This document shows, in pieces, positions 29,283 through 41,200 of a DNA stretch of 64,000 nt; position 1 is the stretch's first letter, and the number at the start of each line of letters is the position of its first letter. The position numbers and the translations under genes were made by a program. This stretch comes from Octopus sinensis. Its lineage: Eukaryota. The notes below the pieces were generated by a model. It saw only the letters and a program-made list of their open reading frames with translations. It was not told where the DNA came from and made no database searches. Location of the stretch: positions 77,810,001 through 77,874,000 of the forward strand of contig NC_043000.1 in the NCBI RefSeq assembly GCF_006345805.1. Direction: 5' to 3'.

Positions 29283-29677
29283 CATATATACATACATACA
29301 TACATACATACATACATACATACATACATACATACATACATACATACATACATACATACATAAAGATAACATTTTATTAAAAAAATTTATCAGTGACCAG
29401 CATATGAAAAATACCTTATTAATAATTTTCACCTTAAAAGGTCTTTTGCGATAAAATTTCTTAATAAAATGTTATCCTTATATTAGTAGTAAATTAATTC
29501 TCATTCACTACAGGACTGGTTAACCACTTGTGTGCTTTTCCTTACCGACTACACTTGTGTTGAGGCTTGCTACGGAATTTTTATTTGAATATATTAGAGG
29601 TTTTTAAATGTATTCATGACTTTGCATCAGCTTTTCCGTAGGTATGTTTAAATATTTCATTTATTTTCCTTCCGTGT

Positions 29678-29736
29678 TCCTCGCTGAAGGAATAATCCTT
29701 TTGGGATTAATCCAGAAATCGGAACCGATTCGAGGA
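29678..29736 (+). ncRNA. Hammerhead-like motif with core variant CUGAAGG
   Basis: TCCTCG-CTGAAGG-aaTAATCCttttGGGATTAatcca-GAA-ATCGG aa CCGAT-T-CGAGGA; perfect 6-bp stem I, 5-bp stem III. Confidence 0.6.
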
Positions 29737-31469
29737 TAACCATATTTTTATGAATTTCTGCTTGTTTGCTTTCCTCGTTTCGGCAAGTGTTGTAATTGTA
29801 TAAGTGAATATTTTATGCGGTTAGACGAGTTGGCGTCTATTTTTCAACATATTGGCAAAGAAACTTTTTCCTTTGATCTGATATGTAATTATATTTATAC
29901 ATACATACATACATACATACATACATACATACATACATACATACATACATACATACATACATACAACCATGTATTCAAAGTTTCTGAACGAAAATTATAG
30001 GAGTACTCAATACATAATGTAGAGTGTATTGTTATTTGAAACTATGCATTTTCTTGCGATCTGAGTTTTCGTGACTAGGATCATTCAGTCGATATTTTTC
30101 TTTGACAATCAATCATTCATCTAATCTTTCCTTCTCTTTACACCTCAATCCTCACCTTTTTTCTTTCTATACATCTGTCATTCTCTTTTATATCTTCTTT
30201 TCCAAATGTTTTTGCGGTTCTTTCTTTTCTTCTCTTCTTTATTTCTTTGCTTCTGTCTTTCTTTCCCGCCTTACCACTCTTCATTCTTTCTTTCATCATC
30301 ATATGGTATAGTCTTCTTTCAACCTTTCTACTTTAATTCCTCCTCCTCTCTCCCTCCCTCCTTCCTTCCATCCCTCTGTCTTTCTCTCTTCCTCTCCCTT
30401 TCTCCCCCTCTCTCCCCCTCTCTCCTTTTGTACTACCCTTTTATTTCCTATCAACAATTCTAGAAGAAATAGAACTAAATCACATTCACATCCTCAATGA
30501 AATGGCAATTTCTTTCATTTTAGTAAATTTCCGGTCATTAAGCAAAATCTAATCCGACTAACATGCTTCTTCTGTACTCCAGTTTCCTCTCCCACTTACC
30601 CTTCTGCCTCCACAATGTCTTTCCCACCTCCTCTGCCTCCACAATGTCTTCCATTGCTTCTACTGCCTCCACTGTCCTCCACGCTCTCTGTGCCTTCACA
30701 CTCTCCATTGTCTCCACTACCTTCTACCACTTCCTCTTCCATTGCCTCCATTGAATTTTCTGCCTCAGCGACTCCGACAGTTTCTAGGAGGGGGAGTTGT
30801 GTGACGAAGAGGGAGTTGCGTGACAGAAAGAGAATTGTGTGATGGAGAAGGAGTTACATATACAGCATTAATTTGCCGCTTTTTTCTTTTTGCATAATCA
30901 TCTCAATTTTATTTCTATATCGAAGTCATTTCAATAGTAGAACTTCTTCTCTACCTACCTACCTACCTACCTACCTACCTACCTACCTACCTACCTACCT
31001 CTCTCTCTTACTCTCTCTCTCTCTATCTGCCTGCATGCCTGTCTGTCTATTTCTCTCTCTCTCTCTCTCTCTCTCTGTCTCCCTCCCTTCTCTCTCTGTC
31101 TGCCTGCCTCCCCCTCTCTCTTTTTCTATTTATATATGTATGTACGTATGCATATACACATATATATATGCATGTATGTATGTGTGCGTATGCATAAACA
31201 CGTACATATTTATGCACATATTTGTTCAATTTTCTCTTTCCATGTGAATGTGTGTGTGTGTGTGTGTGTCTATTTAGCAAAGGATAGTTGTCATTTCCCA
31301 ATCAATGGATCAATGTTCCTTAAATCATCATTACGTTGTTGTACGGATTTGATAAAGTAAAAGTTTATGAAAGTTCAATGGCAAAGCAATGATGACACTG
31401 TATGTGTGTTTGTGAGTGCGTGCGTGTATGGGGGAATGTGCGTATGTCTCTGTGTGAGTATGTGTGGAT

Positions 31470-31850
31470 GGAGGCGCAATGGCCCAGTGGTTAGGGCAGC
31501 GGACTCGCGGTCGTAGGATCGCGGTTTCGATTCCCATACCGGGCATTGTGAGTGTTTATTGAGCAAAAACACCTAAAGCTTCACAAGGCTCCTGCAGGGG
31601 GTGGTGGTGAACCCTGCTGTACTCTTTCACCACAACTTTCTCTCACTCTTTCTTCCTGTTTCTGTTGTACCTGTATTTAAAAGGGCCAGCTTTGTCACAC
31701 TTTGTGTCACGCTGAATCTCCTCGAGAACTACGTTAAGGGTACACGTGTCTGTGGAGTGCTCAGCCACTTGCATGTTAATTCCACGAGCAAGCTGTTTCG
31801 TTGATCGTATCAGCTGGGACCCTCATCGTCGTAACTGACGGAGTGCTCCA
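31470..31850 (+). mobile_element. Full-length tRNA-derived SINE
   Basis: A box TGGCCCAGTGG, B box GGTTTCGATTCC. Confidence 0.85.
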
Positions 31851-34800
31851 AGATGTGTGGATGTGTATATGCATGTGTGCATGAGTGTATGCATGTTCGT
31901 AATGACTGAATTGCAGCACAATGTATGTGGTATGTCTTTGTGTGTACGTGTATGTGTGTTAATGTTTGAGTGTTTATGTATTTATGTATATATATGTATG
32001 TATGCGTATATGTGTACATATGTGAGAATATATGTGCAAGTATCCGTGTATGCGTATGTGGCTATGCGTGTATAAGTGTTTATACCTATGTGTGCTTGAT
32101 ATGTTTCCGTTTATAGATGAAGTGTATATACATATGCCGAATTTGTATGCGTATTTATATATGTAGATACATATATGTGTATCTGATGTGTATACGTTTG
32201 CGTTCATGTGCGTATACGCTTGTAGATGTAAGGTCACGTATGCATATATGTGTATGTCAGTATGCGTATGCATATGTGTAAGAGATAGCAAGAAAGAGGA
32301 GAGAGTTGCACCGGGGTTATTTTTAATATTCTCTATCTAATCTTTTATAATTAATTACTCTAAATCATAATTAAACACTTATTTACAAATACAACAACTG
32401 AACTGACTGATTCTTAGTTCCATTAAAGAAAGAAGAGCAAACATAATATCTTAAAATACTTCAAATGAATTATTTTACTGTTATTTTATCGGATTTGGGG
32501 AAAAAAATCGTTTTCTTTTTTATTTTTTTGTAGCTTCGTCTCCGACGAAGATATTGCGAGTGAGTGGAGCTGCTAGTGGCAGCGTGAATGTGGGGGTTTA
32601 ATAATAAAGAGCGGGTGAGGCTTGTGAAGGGGAGTAAATATCGACAGAGATGGAGATAACGAAGAGACGAATCGAAAATGACGTTAGAGATAAATATGAA
32701 AGTTATGTGATGATGAAAAAATTAAAGTAGTGAGTTCTAGAAAATGTTATAATAGCACTGATAGAACTCTCTATCTTTATTTCCTAGTCCCTTATTTCTC
32801 CAGTTACTTTCCTAATCTTCACTGTTCCTTTCTACTCATCCAGCCCCAACACTAAACATTCTTATGTCTTCGCCTCTCTCTAACTGTCTGTATCTCCACC
32901 CCTCTCTCTCCCCCACTCCCTGATGGAGGTTTCAACTAGAAGCGTTAGTTTTCTTTTCCCCTTTCAGCTTTACTTTACTTTCCCCTCTCCGGAGTTGATA
33001 AATGAAGAACCAAATGGGTCATGGACATGGAATTCTTTTCTGACTAAATGATAACAAAAGAAAAAGTTACTTCACTGTGAACATTCTGCATCAAGTACTT
33101 AACAATACAGACCTTCACTAGTTTCCTCAGATTCTATATTCTCTTTCCTCTGGCGATTCCATCTGAACTGATACAGAAATCTCAATAAACAAAAGATTAT
33201 CTATAGGTTTGCTTTGCCTCCTAGAAATAGCAGCTGAACCTGTCATAAATGTGTTCAACCTGTTTTTAAAAAAAATTCATCAGATAATGCATCCGAAGAA
33301 ATATATACATATACGTGGATACTCACACATACATACACGTGCATCCGCACTCACATATTTGTGAAAATGCTGGATGGTCACGAATGGAAGGCACTTTATC
33401 ATAGATCTACTCTATAAAGTATTAACTAAGTATAACGATATAGGGAAATTTACCTGGAAACTCTTCATACCAGATTTCGCAATCAACTTTCATATGCTCA
33501 AAGAAAAATACATAGCCACGGTATACTGCCCTAAAAGGAGCTTGAGAGTCATAGTTGAATGACTTTGATGATAGCTGCTCGTAACCAGATCTGTCTCAAG
33601 GCGAAACAACAAGAAGCAGATAGTCAAAATTCCTTCATACTACACCCGATTATCTTTAGAAATGAAGGGCATATTGGATAATATAGTACAAGACATCAAC
33701 TATTCGCAACACCGGTGAATAATTTATCCACTGTTTTCTATATCTTCACTTTCGATATAGATTGATATTAGAATTTACCACAGGCATTTATGGTCCGTAT
33801 AATAAACCTAAAGAATAACTTCAATACGTTAACAAGTATTTCAATCATCCTAGAACAGTAAATGTATCGATATATAAGAATTTCTAGACTTTCTGCTAAA
33901 GAAATTAACGTTCTGTAATCTAGCCAGCTGTCACAAACAGTGTTTAGTACGGTACCTTCAAAGCGCTGTTATAGCCGTCTCCTTCAATCAGAACAAATTT
34001 GTAAAACTGAGGAGTCAGCTTATTAGATGTAGAATAATGATACAGTAAAATTACAATAGTCTAATATGTTTATAACTGCTTCTCAAAAAAAAAAAGAAAA
34101 AGTCAGGTGTGCGCGCATATCTATTGATCTTAACGAACGGTAGAAAAGTATTAAACCAAAGAAGAGCTTACTTTTTTTAGTTATGGTATCCACAAGCCTG
34201 ATAATCTGTTGTTTCCAAAATGGGTGATTGATTTCGGAGAGTCAAATGCTTTAAAGTCTCAAAAAATCCCGCTATTAATTATTGCCTCTAGTATAGGTAG
34301 CGGACCTGAAGTTTAATGGAAGTGAGGGTTAGCCAAAGATATAGAATCCAGTACTTGACTTCATCGACGCCCTCGTGTTGAAAAACGAAATTAGTGTCAG
34401 AATTATTTGAAAACAAGACATAAACACACAAACAAATTATGCATGTTATTTTGTCTGACACTCAATGAGGTTGCGAATCTAATTTCTTGAATTGTGCGTA
34501 ACGTATGGAACAAGGCTGAAATTTGGGAGCAGCGGCTTAATCTGTTAAATCGACTGAAGTACTTAACTGACACTTTATTCTATCAATTATGGGGTGATGG
34601 AAGGTTAAGTTGATATCGGTGGGATTTGAACACGAAACGTAAATAATCGGAACAAATATCGCAAGGAAATTTTGTTAGGCGCTATACGGATTTCGTAATT
34701 TCGCCATCCGTTGGGGGTATTTAAAAGAAGTTTTTTTTTCATTATTCTTTTTACTGTCACTTCTTTTAATACTTTGTACCAGTTTTGAAAGACATGGTGT

Positions 34801-35084
34801 GAGAAGAGTTAAGTTCTCAACAAAACGTGCCCACAATTACCTTTATTCCATCAATTGAAACTTATTCTACTTGCAGAATTGAGAAATATTTGCACACCAC
34901 AATTTTGCTATTTTCTCTTCACATAAATTTATAGCCATTTTTATCAAGTTTATGGCTGTTCCATGATTTTCTAATCTTTACAGTTATTTTGCGACTCTCT
35001 TTAATTTTGATAGTCCTTTCATATATTTCTGACTTTTCCGAAAATATTTTGACTTTTTGATTTCAAATTGCTTCTTTATCTTGG

Positions 35085-38000
35085 AAGTGTTGTAGAGCTA
35101 ACAAAACATCTCACATTTTCATTGTTTCATTGTTTTCATATCAATACTTCAGTGCATCGTTTCAGATCACTTTTTCTTAGCCATCTCGAAGTGTTGATCT
35201 TGTCTTTTCCTTCGATTTCTCTGCGGTATTGCCCATGCAGTGGTTTCATTTTCCTGTTGTTTACCCTTTCTTCTTCATCTTGTTTTTAAATGTTTGTGAG
35301 TGCATCAAGTTTTCGGTTGGTATTATATTGCTAATTTTAACAGCAGCAAGCAAGGATTCACTCTGCTATTTGATGTACCAACACAGACTGTTCTCGTTGA
35401 CAGATTTTGAATCCTATGAGACCTCTTCCACCCTTGTTTCTAGGCACATACACTCTGTCAGTGTCACTTTTGGATTGTAGCTCCTTCTTAATTGTCATCA
35501 CTTTTCTAGTCTTCCTATCCATTTCCTCAAACTCGTTCTCTCTCCACCTAACAACACCTGCACCGTATCGCATTAAGAAACGGTCCAGGCGTTCATTGCT
35601 CTGATTTTGGGGTTATTTCCATTGAGTTTACTTCCCATAATTAATTTGGTTCTTCTCAGATATTCTCGCCTAAAGCTTTCCTTTATTTCATTTTCCTTGA
35701 TTTTGTCGTATTCTAAAACGCCCAGATATTTATATCCATTAGTCTCAATATCCTTGATTTTCTTGCCGTTGATTTTCTACACCATCAGACGACACTACTT
35801 TACCCCTTTGTATTATAAGCATACCACACTTTTTAGTCTCAAATTCCATTCTGAATATCTGCACTGTTGAAACTGGGTCATTTATCATATGTTCGGTCTT
35901 TCCAAAGATCTTTAAATCATCCATATAAAACAGATGATTTACCCCGATGTCACTTTCAGTAGTATGTGTGTGAGGGTGTCATACAAATCACACACGGCAA
36001 TGGTGATAGGCTATCTCCTTGAACTATGCCTCCCTTGATGTTGACCGTCGCCCCAAATTTTCCACATAAAGTTAACTCTATATTCCAGTTGTTCATTGAT
36101 CTCCTAATAAAATTTGATATGTTATCAGACACCTGTACCAACTCAAGACTTTCTAGAATCCAGGAATGGGGGACCATGTCATATGCTTTCTTATAATCGG
36201 TCTACGCATTGCCCAGGTTCGTAAGTCTTTTCTTGCAGTCGTTCAGTACAATTCTGTCTATCAGGAGTTGGCCTTTTGTCCAGCACTAAACAGCTTTTCC
36301 CTCTGCACCTTTCCTGTTCCACTGGCAGGTTGTCGTCCATTTCCAGGAAGTTATACACATAATTAGATATTATTCCTATCATCAGCTTCAACATCAACGG
36401 GTAGATAGGTGATAGATCGGTAATTATCCATCGCATTGCCTTTGATGGGATCCTTTTGGCAAAGAATTGTTTTACCTGTGATCAGCCACTATGGGATTTG
36501 TACATCGTTGTTGATCATTTTATCCATTTGCGTGGCTATTCTTCTGTGTAGTACTGGGAAATTTTTCAGTCAGTGTCCTTGTACCTCATCCGGTCCTGGG
36601 CATTTCCAGTTTGGTATCTTTGTTTTCTGTTCGGTTACCATTTCTGTCGTTACTCTGTTTCACCTCATATTTTTCCGACCATAATTCTCTCAACCAGTTA
36701 GCATCTTTGTTATGCTTTCTTCCATGATCCCAGATGTTTCTCCCAAATCTTTAACTTTCTTCAGTGTCTGCTCTCTCACTGCTGTTAACCTTTCCATTCA
36801 GCTGTTGATAAACCATTTTCTGGTCTGGTTGGAACAATCTGTTGATTTTATATTGTTCAATCCTTTGGTCATATTTCTTGATCCTTGTCGCTTTGGCCTG
36901 TAATCTTTGTTTCAGGTTTTTAAGAACTACATTTAGCCTATTTTTTTTAATCCTATATCTATGTTCTAGTTCCTGATATTTCTCCTCCCTCTTGATTTCA
37001 CTTTTTTGTTTCTTTCCAAGATGTTGATAAGTTTTCGTTGTTCGTTCATTAATTATTTTATTCTTCTTTTCCACCGAGATTCTTTTTCTTCATTCTCACA
37101 TTTACGGTTTGGTTTGAGGCCTACTTTATTTCCTATATAGATGATGTAAGCATTAATCAACCTATTCGTTCCGGTTATCTTGTCTTGATTTCTTTTAGTA
37201 TTTTATTCACCTTGAGGATCCACTCGCTGAGCAAATTTCTATATACTTTCCTGAATCCATTATTTCCATATCCAGGTTTTCCTCAATGATACTAGTAATG
37301 TCTTCGATCATTCCTTTGTCTTCATTATTTAGTCCTCTTCACTCAGGGCTTGAAACATTATACTTCTCCCGGTTACTCTCATTAAGTGCAACATCATCAG
37401 CATTCTCTGTCTCTACTTCTGCATCGCTCTTTGTGTTTTCGGTTATCATCCTCCTCCTAATCTCATCGAGCTCTAGTACTGCTAGCCAACCTTTCTTCCT
37501 TATTGCTCTTACCTGGTCACAGAATCTCTGTTCCGTAATATCTGAGCCTTGCTTCCCCATTCATATGTCATGCATCTTCTTTCTATATCCTCTTATAGAC
37601 TCCATTCGTTATCAGTAGGTCTGCTCAAAAATAACATTCTATGCCAGCTATATTCATCGTCTTAGTCCATTTAGTTCTAGCACCGTATAATAACGACCAG
37701 GGCTGTGCTGCTCACCCACAGGGTACCGGCTAGGCGAAAGTCCGTCACCTGTAGTTCCGTCCTTATTTATGCCATTGTTTGTGTTAATTATATTATTCAT
37801 TACTCTCATGCAGAGGAAAGTGTTGATAAGGTGTCACGACCACCAGTATTTTTATCGAGACACCATCTCTAGAGGGATTTGTCTAAAAAGACTCAAAGCG
37901 GCCCTTCTCCCCTTAAACGTTAAAGTGAGGTATTCTGCGCTAGACATGAAACCCAGTATTCAGTACTCCGCAGCCTGTGAATGGGGAATGAGTTATTATT

Positions 38001-38130
38001 TGAATGGCCGTTGAATCCTCAGAGTTCATCCGCCTTTTGTCGGGTTTTGTATTTCATCCTGCAAGGTGACCTAGCAAAAAGCACCCTCTCCACAAAGCAA
38101 GCTCTGTGGGTTGGCCGGTTTAATCGCCAA
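35085..38130 (-). mobile_element. Decayed R4/Dong-type LINE with putative 5' UTR, N-terminal region and RT
   Basis: TKWTK...EQRFCDQVRAIRKKGWL; MVPHSWILESL; GIVQGDSLSPL; HGQYRREI. Confidence 0.85.
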
Positions 38131-38269
38131 TAGCTGGTAACAAGAATCTGTTTCAAATCTAACAATTTGAATCAGTGACAGACAGACGGACATACGTTTT
38201 TATCGTAAAGTTGTAAATCGAACTAAATTATTATTATTATTATTTTATTCTACGTTGAGAAATTTAGAA

Positions 38270-41200
38270 TTTTGCTCAATGGCAACAACAAACAGTTTCG
38301 AGGTAGTTTCAGTCGTCGATGAGAGAGGTGGAGAGTCGGAGGAGTGTCTTGCTACAAAAATGAGAGAGGGTGACAGTTCTTCGCCTGTTGGCATGACAAG
38401 CAAGCAGGCAAAACAAGATAATCATCCTAATCACAAACAACAACTCCAACACCACCACCATCACCACCTCTGCCACTACCATTACGAACAACAACAACAA
38501 AAGCAACTGTAGCAGCAACAACAGCAACGCAGAGACAACAACAACAACTGAAGAGCTTTGACAGCAAAGACAAATAAGTAGTAGAGCTACGATATAAATT
38601 ATTTCCTCTCCGTTAGCAAGTAGCTTGGCTACTTCAGTCAACGATATGAAGATCACCACAAACAATAGCGTCGCTTTGGCTCCGACTAACACCAACTACA
38701 ATAGGAACAACACTAGCAGCAAAACAATATAATCAACACCAACAATAACAGTAACGATAAAAACAACTCCTTTGCAGGAGTTACAAAACTGCCGAGTAAA
38801 TCTTCCTTGAATGAATTTATGCGTACCTGAATGAATCAGAAAAACTCCTCAATAGAGGGCATAGGAAAACCAAGCTTGCTATCCCTTCAGCTTTGATGGA
38901 GAAGACGGCCAGAAGGACCATCGTATACAAATGTGTGTCGCTAAAGACGAGGAAAATGCCACACATCCAAGTAGAAAAATGCTTGAAGAGCATTTGAACT
39001 GACATTGATTTCCTCACACGTGTGAGACAATATGGTTCTGAGGAAACATGAGGATCTTCTTCTCCTTCCCACATACCTTGGGCAGCGGGCGGTGAAAGTT
39101 AAAATATCTGATTTGCTACCAGAATTAGACATTTGGTAGTTGGTTGCGTGCGCTGTGGTCAAAGGCCAGGATTCGCTTCTAGAAATTAAAAAATATCGGA
39201 AGAAAAATGGTCCAGAATCGAGTGGGAGATTTTGATCCAGGTAAAACCGGAATCCCTGGACAAGGTCCCTGATGTTATCGAGCTTCACAACGGAGCACAA
39301 CTCCAAGTCGTGTTCGAAGACAGAAAGCCAAAGTTCTACACTCTTGGATCTAACGCCCATTTGAAGGTCCTCTGCCCACAGCAACAACAGAATGGAGCTC
39401 GAGAAACGACGACTCTGGTACCACAACCACCACAAGAAGGCCAAAAGCTGCAACAATAATCAATACAGCAACAGCTATTAAAACATCTTCAACAGCAGAA
39501 TCCTGCCACTACAATGGCACCAACAACTGTAGCCGTAGAAACAAGTAGCGCCCGACCATCCCTACAGGCGGGCGACTTAGAGACACCATGTACTCCCGAC
39601 ACGTGCGATTCAGAAGCCTTATCTTGCAACGAGAAGGAATTGAATCCCCCAAAAAGGATTTGTGTTGGGGAAAAGCGGAGAAGTAGTTCAGAAAAAGGTT
39701 GTCCTAAGCTACACTAACAACACTCAAATCCCAACATCAAAAGCAATGTACACTCATTCAACCACAACCACAAATACAAAAAGCACCAAACAAACAAGCA
39801 CTCGAAGAGAAACATCAATCACAAGAACAACTCGTACAACTTACTAGAGAACCCGAATGCCTCATCAACTTCACAGTCGTTCGCAAGAGCAACAGCTGAT
39901 GCAGGAAGTAGGGATAACCACAAATATTCATATAAAAAGAGTAGGGTTCGACGAACGTCTGTCGAAAACTCCCCGTGACAGACAGCTGATAAAAACTGAT
40001 ACAAACACTTACCTAGAACTTTAAAAAAATACTCAAAAGACACTGGACCTTTTAGGCTAAAGCCGGATAAGAGGAATTTAGGAAGGCCCTTGAGGCTGCT
40101 AAATCAGCCGACCCTCTCAAAATCCAAGGTAAGTGACTTTCCATTTTGTTTCTCCGATAAACAGTCGTTTTCAGAGTGGGGTGTGTGAATGTTCGTGGCC
40201 TGGGGTCAGCTTGGAAGCAAGGTCACTTGCTAAATGACCTCAGGTCGCTCGATTTACATGTTGCTGCAATTAGCGAGACAAGGATTTCTAATGCACAAGC
40301 ATTAGAGCCCATTTTCTATGACTATGAGATATTCTCATCATGTGGTCTGTCGTGAGCGGGCGGCAGGGTAGCAGTGCAATCCCGAAAATCCTCTGATCTG
40401 GAAGTAAAAGCAATGTTCAGGGAACCGGGCGGCAGGTTGGTGGTCCTAGATGTTAATGGTAGTGAAGGTGACACCCTTAGACTGGTGGTCGTCTATGCCC
40501 CTACAAGATCTGGAAGGCCAGAATGCTTCAGGCGTCTAGAATCATTACTGGGAACGTCTCGAAGTTTAGTACTAGTAAGGGACTGAAATGGGATTTTTGA
40601 CGCACAGAAGGACTGTGTTGGACTAGTACACAGAAGAAGTGGATGCAAAAGCCTCAAAAATCTACTCAGAGACTTCCAATTGTCTAACAGGTATCAGCTG
40701 GATTTCCCTGATGTGCCAGTATAGACATGGATTAACCACAATGGGTCATCCGGATAATATCTAGATCGAGTATTTGTTCAGTCAGAGGATAGGGATAGTG
40801 TAGGTTGTCCACTATTTAAATTGGTTGGCTACACAGACCACAAGTTTGTGATATGCACAGTCAAGTTAGATAGAACCCGTGGACAGGGACCCGGTTACTG
40901 GAAGTTAAACGCGTCCTTTCCGGTTCGTAAAGATTAAAGGGACTGGATTAATGAACTAGTTAAGCGGTAGTTGACGGAGGGCAATGGTCAACAACTGGTG
41001 GTGGGCTACCCTGAAGAGGGCGATTAGAGCAGAATCGATAGCGTTTAGGAATAGATTAGACAGTGAACTAATTAGCAAATTAGAAGAGGCGATTAAAAAG
41101 GGCATTGCGGTCGATGTGTTAGCGGCGAGAATGACTCTTAACCATTTCTTCGAAGCGAAACACAAAGGTTGCGTTGTTAGAGCTAAGGCCCGTGCGCTCA

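Noticed and set aside
31470-31545. tRNA gene
   Set aside because: A and B boxes are present but run into a SINE body with no acceptor stem or terminator; same for other SINE heads.
38070-38145. HDV-like ribozyme at the 5' end of the R4-type LINE (and at 4130-4190)
   Set aside because: Only simple hairpins seen (CCACAGAGC/GCTTTGTGG); the nested double pseudoknot could not be assigned by eye.
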